Source: Amphiscolops sp. MND2022 (lineage: Eukaryota). From it: 64,000 nt of DNA. Position numbers and translations under genes: made by a program. The stretch is taken from positions 54,004,001 through 54,068,000 of the forward strand of contig OZ076409.1 of assembly GCA_964187785.1 (NCBI GenBank), written 5' to 3'. Shown here in pieces: positions 63,263 to 64,000 of this stretch. Under the pieces are notes generated by a model. That model searched no databases. It was not told the origin of the DNA and was given only the letters and a program-made list of their open reading frames with translations. Positions within the stretch are counted from its first letter, which is position 1. Every line of letters starts with the position of its first letter.

Positions 63263-63991
63263 ATGGAACAAGATTTTCTTCAACAAACAGAGCACCATAG
63301 CCAATCATCACAAGGTTTCGAAGATTTACCAGACGTGAAAGTTTACGCCGACTCTATTTCCTCCCCTGGAGATTCCGGAGTCTTGAGTTGCAACAATTCC
63401 ATTTACTCCTCCTCTGGTTTTACTCCCTGTACCCCTGGAAGTACCCCCGACGTTAACTCTAACCCCGCTTGCTCTTCGGAATCCAGGCACCAATTCGGCA
63501 TGAATAAAGAACATGGAATGAGTACTGAGTCTGTAAGTGCAACAAGTGGTTCACCCACACCGAGTCCCGAGGAGGGAACGTTCGAAATGCCCCGCCCCTT
63601 CATTTTACCTTCCGATGCAGCCGCTGCTGCTTCGGCCAATCAGCAGCAGGCACACCCAAGTGCATTCAAACCCTATTTACCTAAACCCCTCGTTTTACCC
63701 AACACCCTCCAGGAGTTAACAATGCCCTCTACAAGGTCAAGCACAGATTCTGACCCGAGAGGTAACTCAAATCCTGAGTCAATTTCATCCAATCACAGCA
63801 GCGGAAGAAATTCGATAATTAATTCGTTAAGGAACTCAATGGCTTCCTCGGAGTCGTCAAATTACTCAATTGTTTCCGAACACAGCAATCTCAGTGCAGG
63901 TCAAGACAGTCAACAGTTTTTACAACAAAACACGTTAAGAGACACAGATTCTGACAGTTTTTCTGCGTCTTTAACACCGACCGCTCGTATG
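63263..63991 (+). CDS. Probable first coding exon of a host gene (Ser/Pro-rich, 243 codons), continuing beyond the window
   Basis: Stop-free frame MEQDFLQQTEHHSQ...SLTPTARM, ending at a phase-0 GTAAGC donor at 63992. It is absent from the ORF track because it has no stop. No recognisable domain. Confidence 0.6.
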
Positions 63992-64000
63992 GTAAGCTCG

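Overview
AT-rich, repeat-dense animal-type eukaryotic DNA with one 200-N gap; the species cannot be determined from the window. It is dominated by two very large, full-length Ty3/Gypsy LTR retrotransposons, both on the minus strand. Element A spans 22405-41037 (18.6 kb, ~2.19-kb LTRs, TSD ACACT) and element B spans 43493-59469 (16.0 kb, 1.71-kb LTRs, TSD ACTAT). Their LTRs show no obvious similarity to each other, yet both carry a homologous multi-exon gene on the strand opposite gag-pol, between pol and the 3' LTR. In A it splices via GT-AG introns into an uninterrupted 8-exon, 1070-codon frame. Three intron positions and one 486-nt exon are conserved in B. The product has a disordered N-terminus, a BED-type zinc finger and a region resembling a catalytically dead hAT transposase. 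Both elements also start gag inside the 5' LTR and use a -1 slippery site for pol. Both have an extra sense ORF running into the 3' LTR, convincing in B and weak in A. The rest of the window holds decayed Gypsy, LINE and hAT remnants, LTR fragments, MITE/SINE-like repeats, microsatellites and the probable start of a host gene at the right edge.
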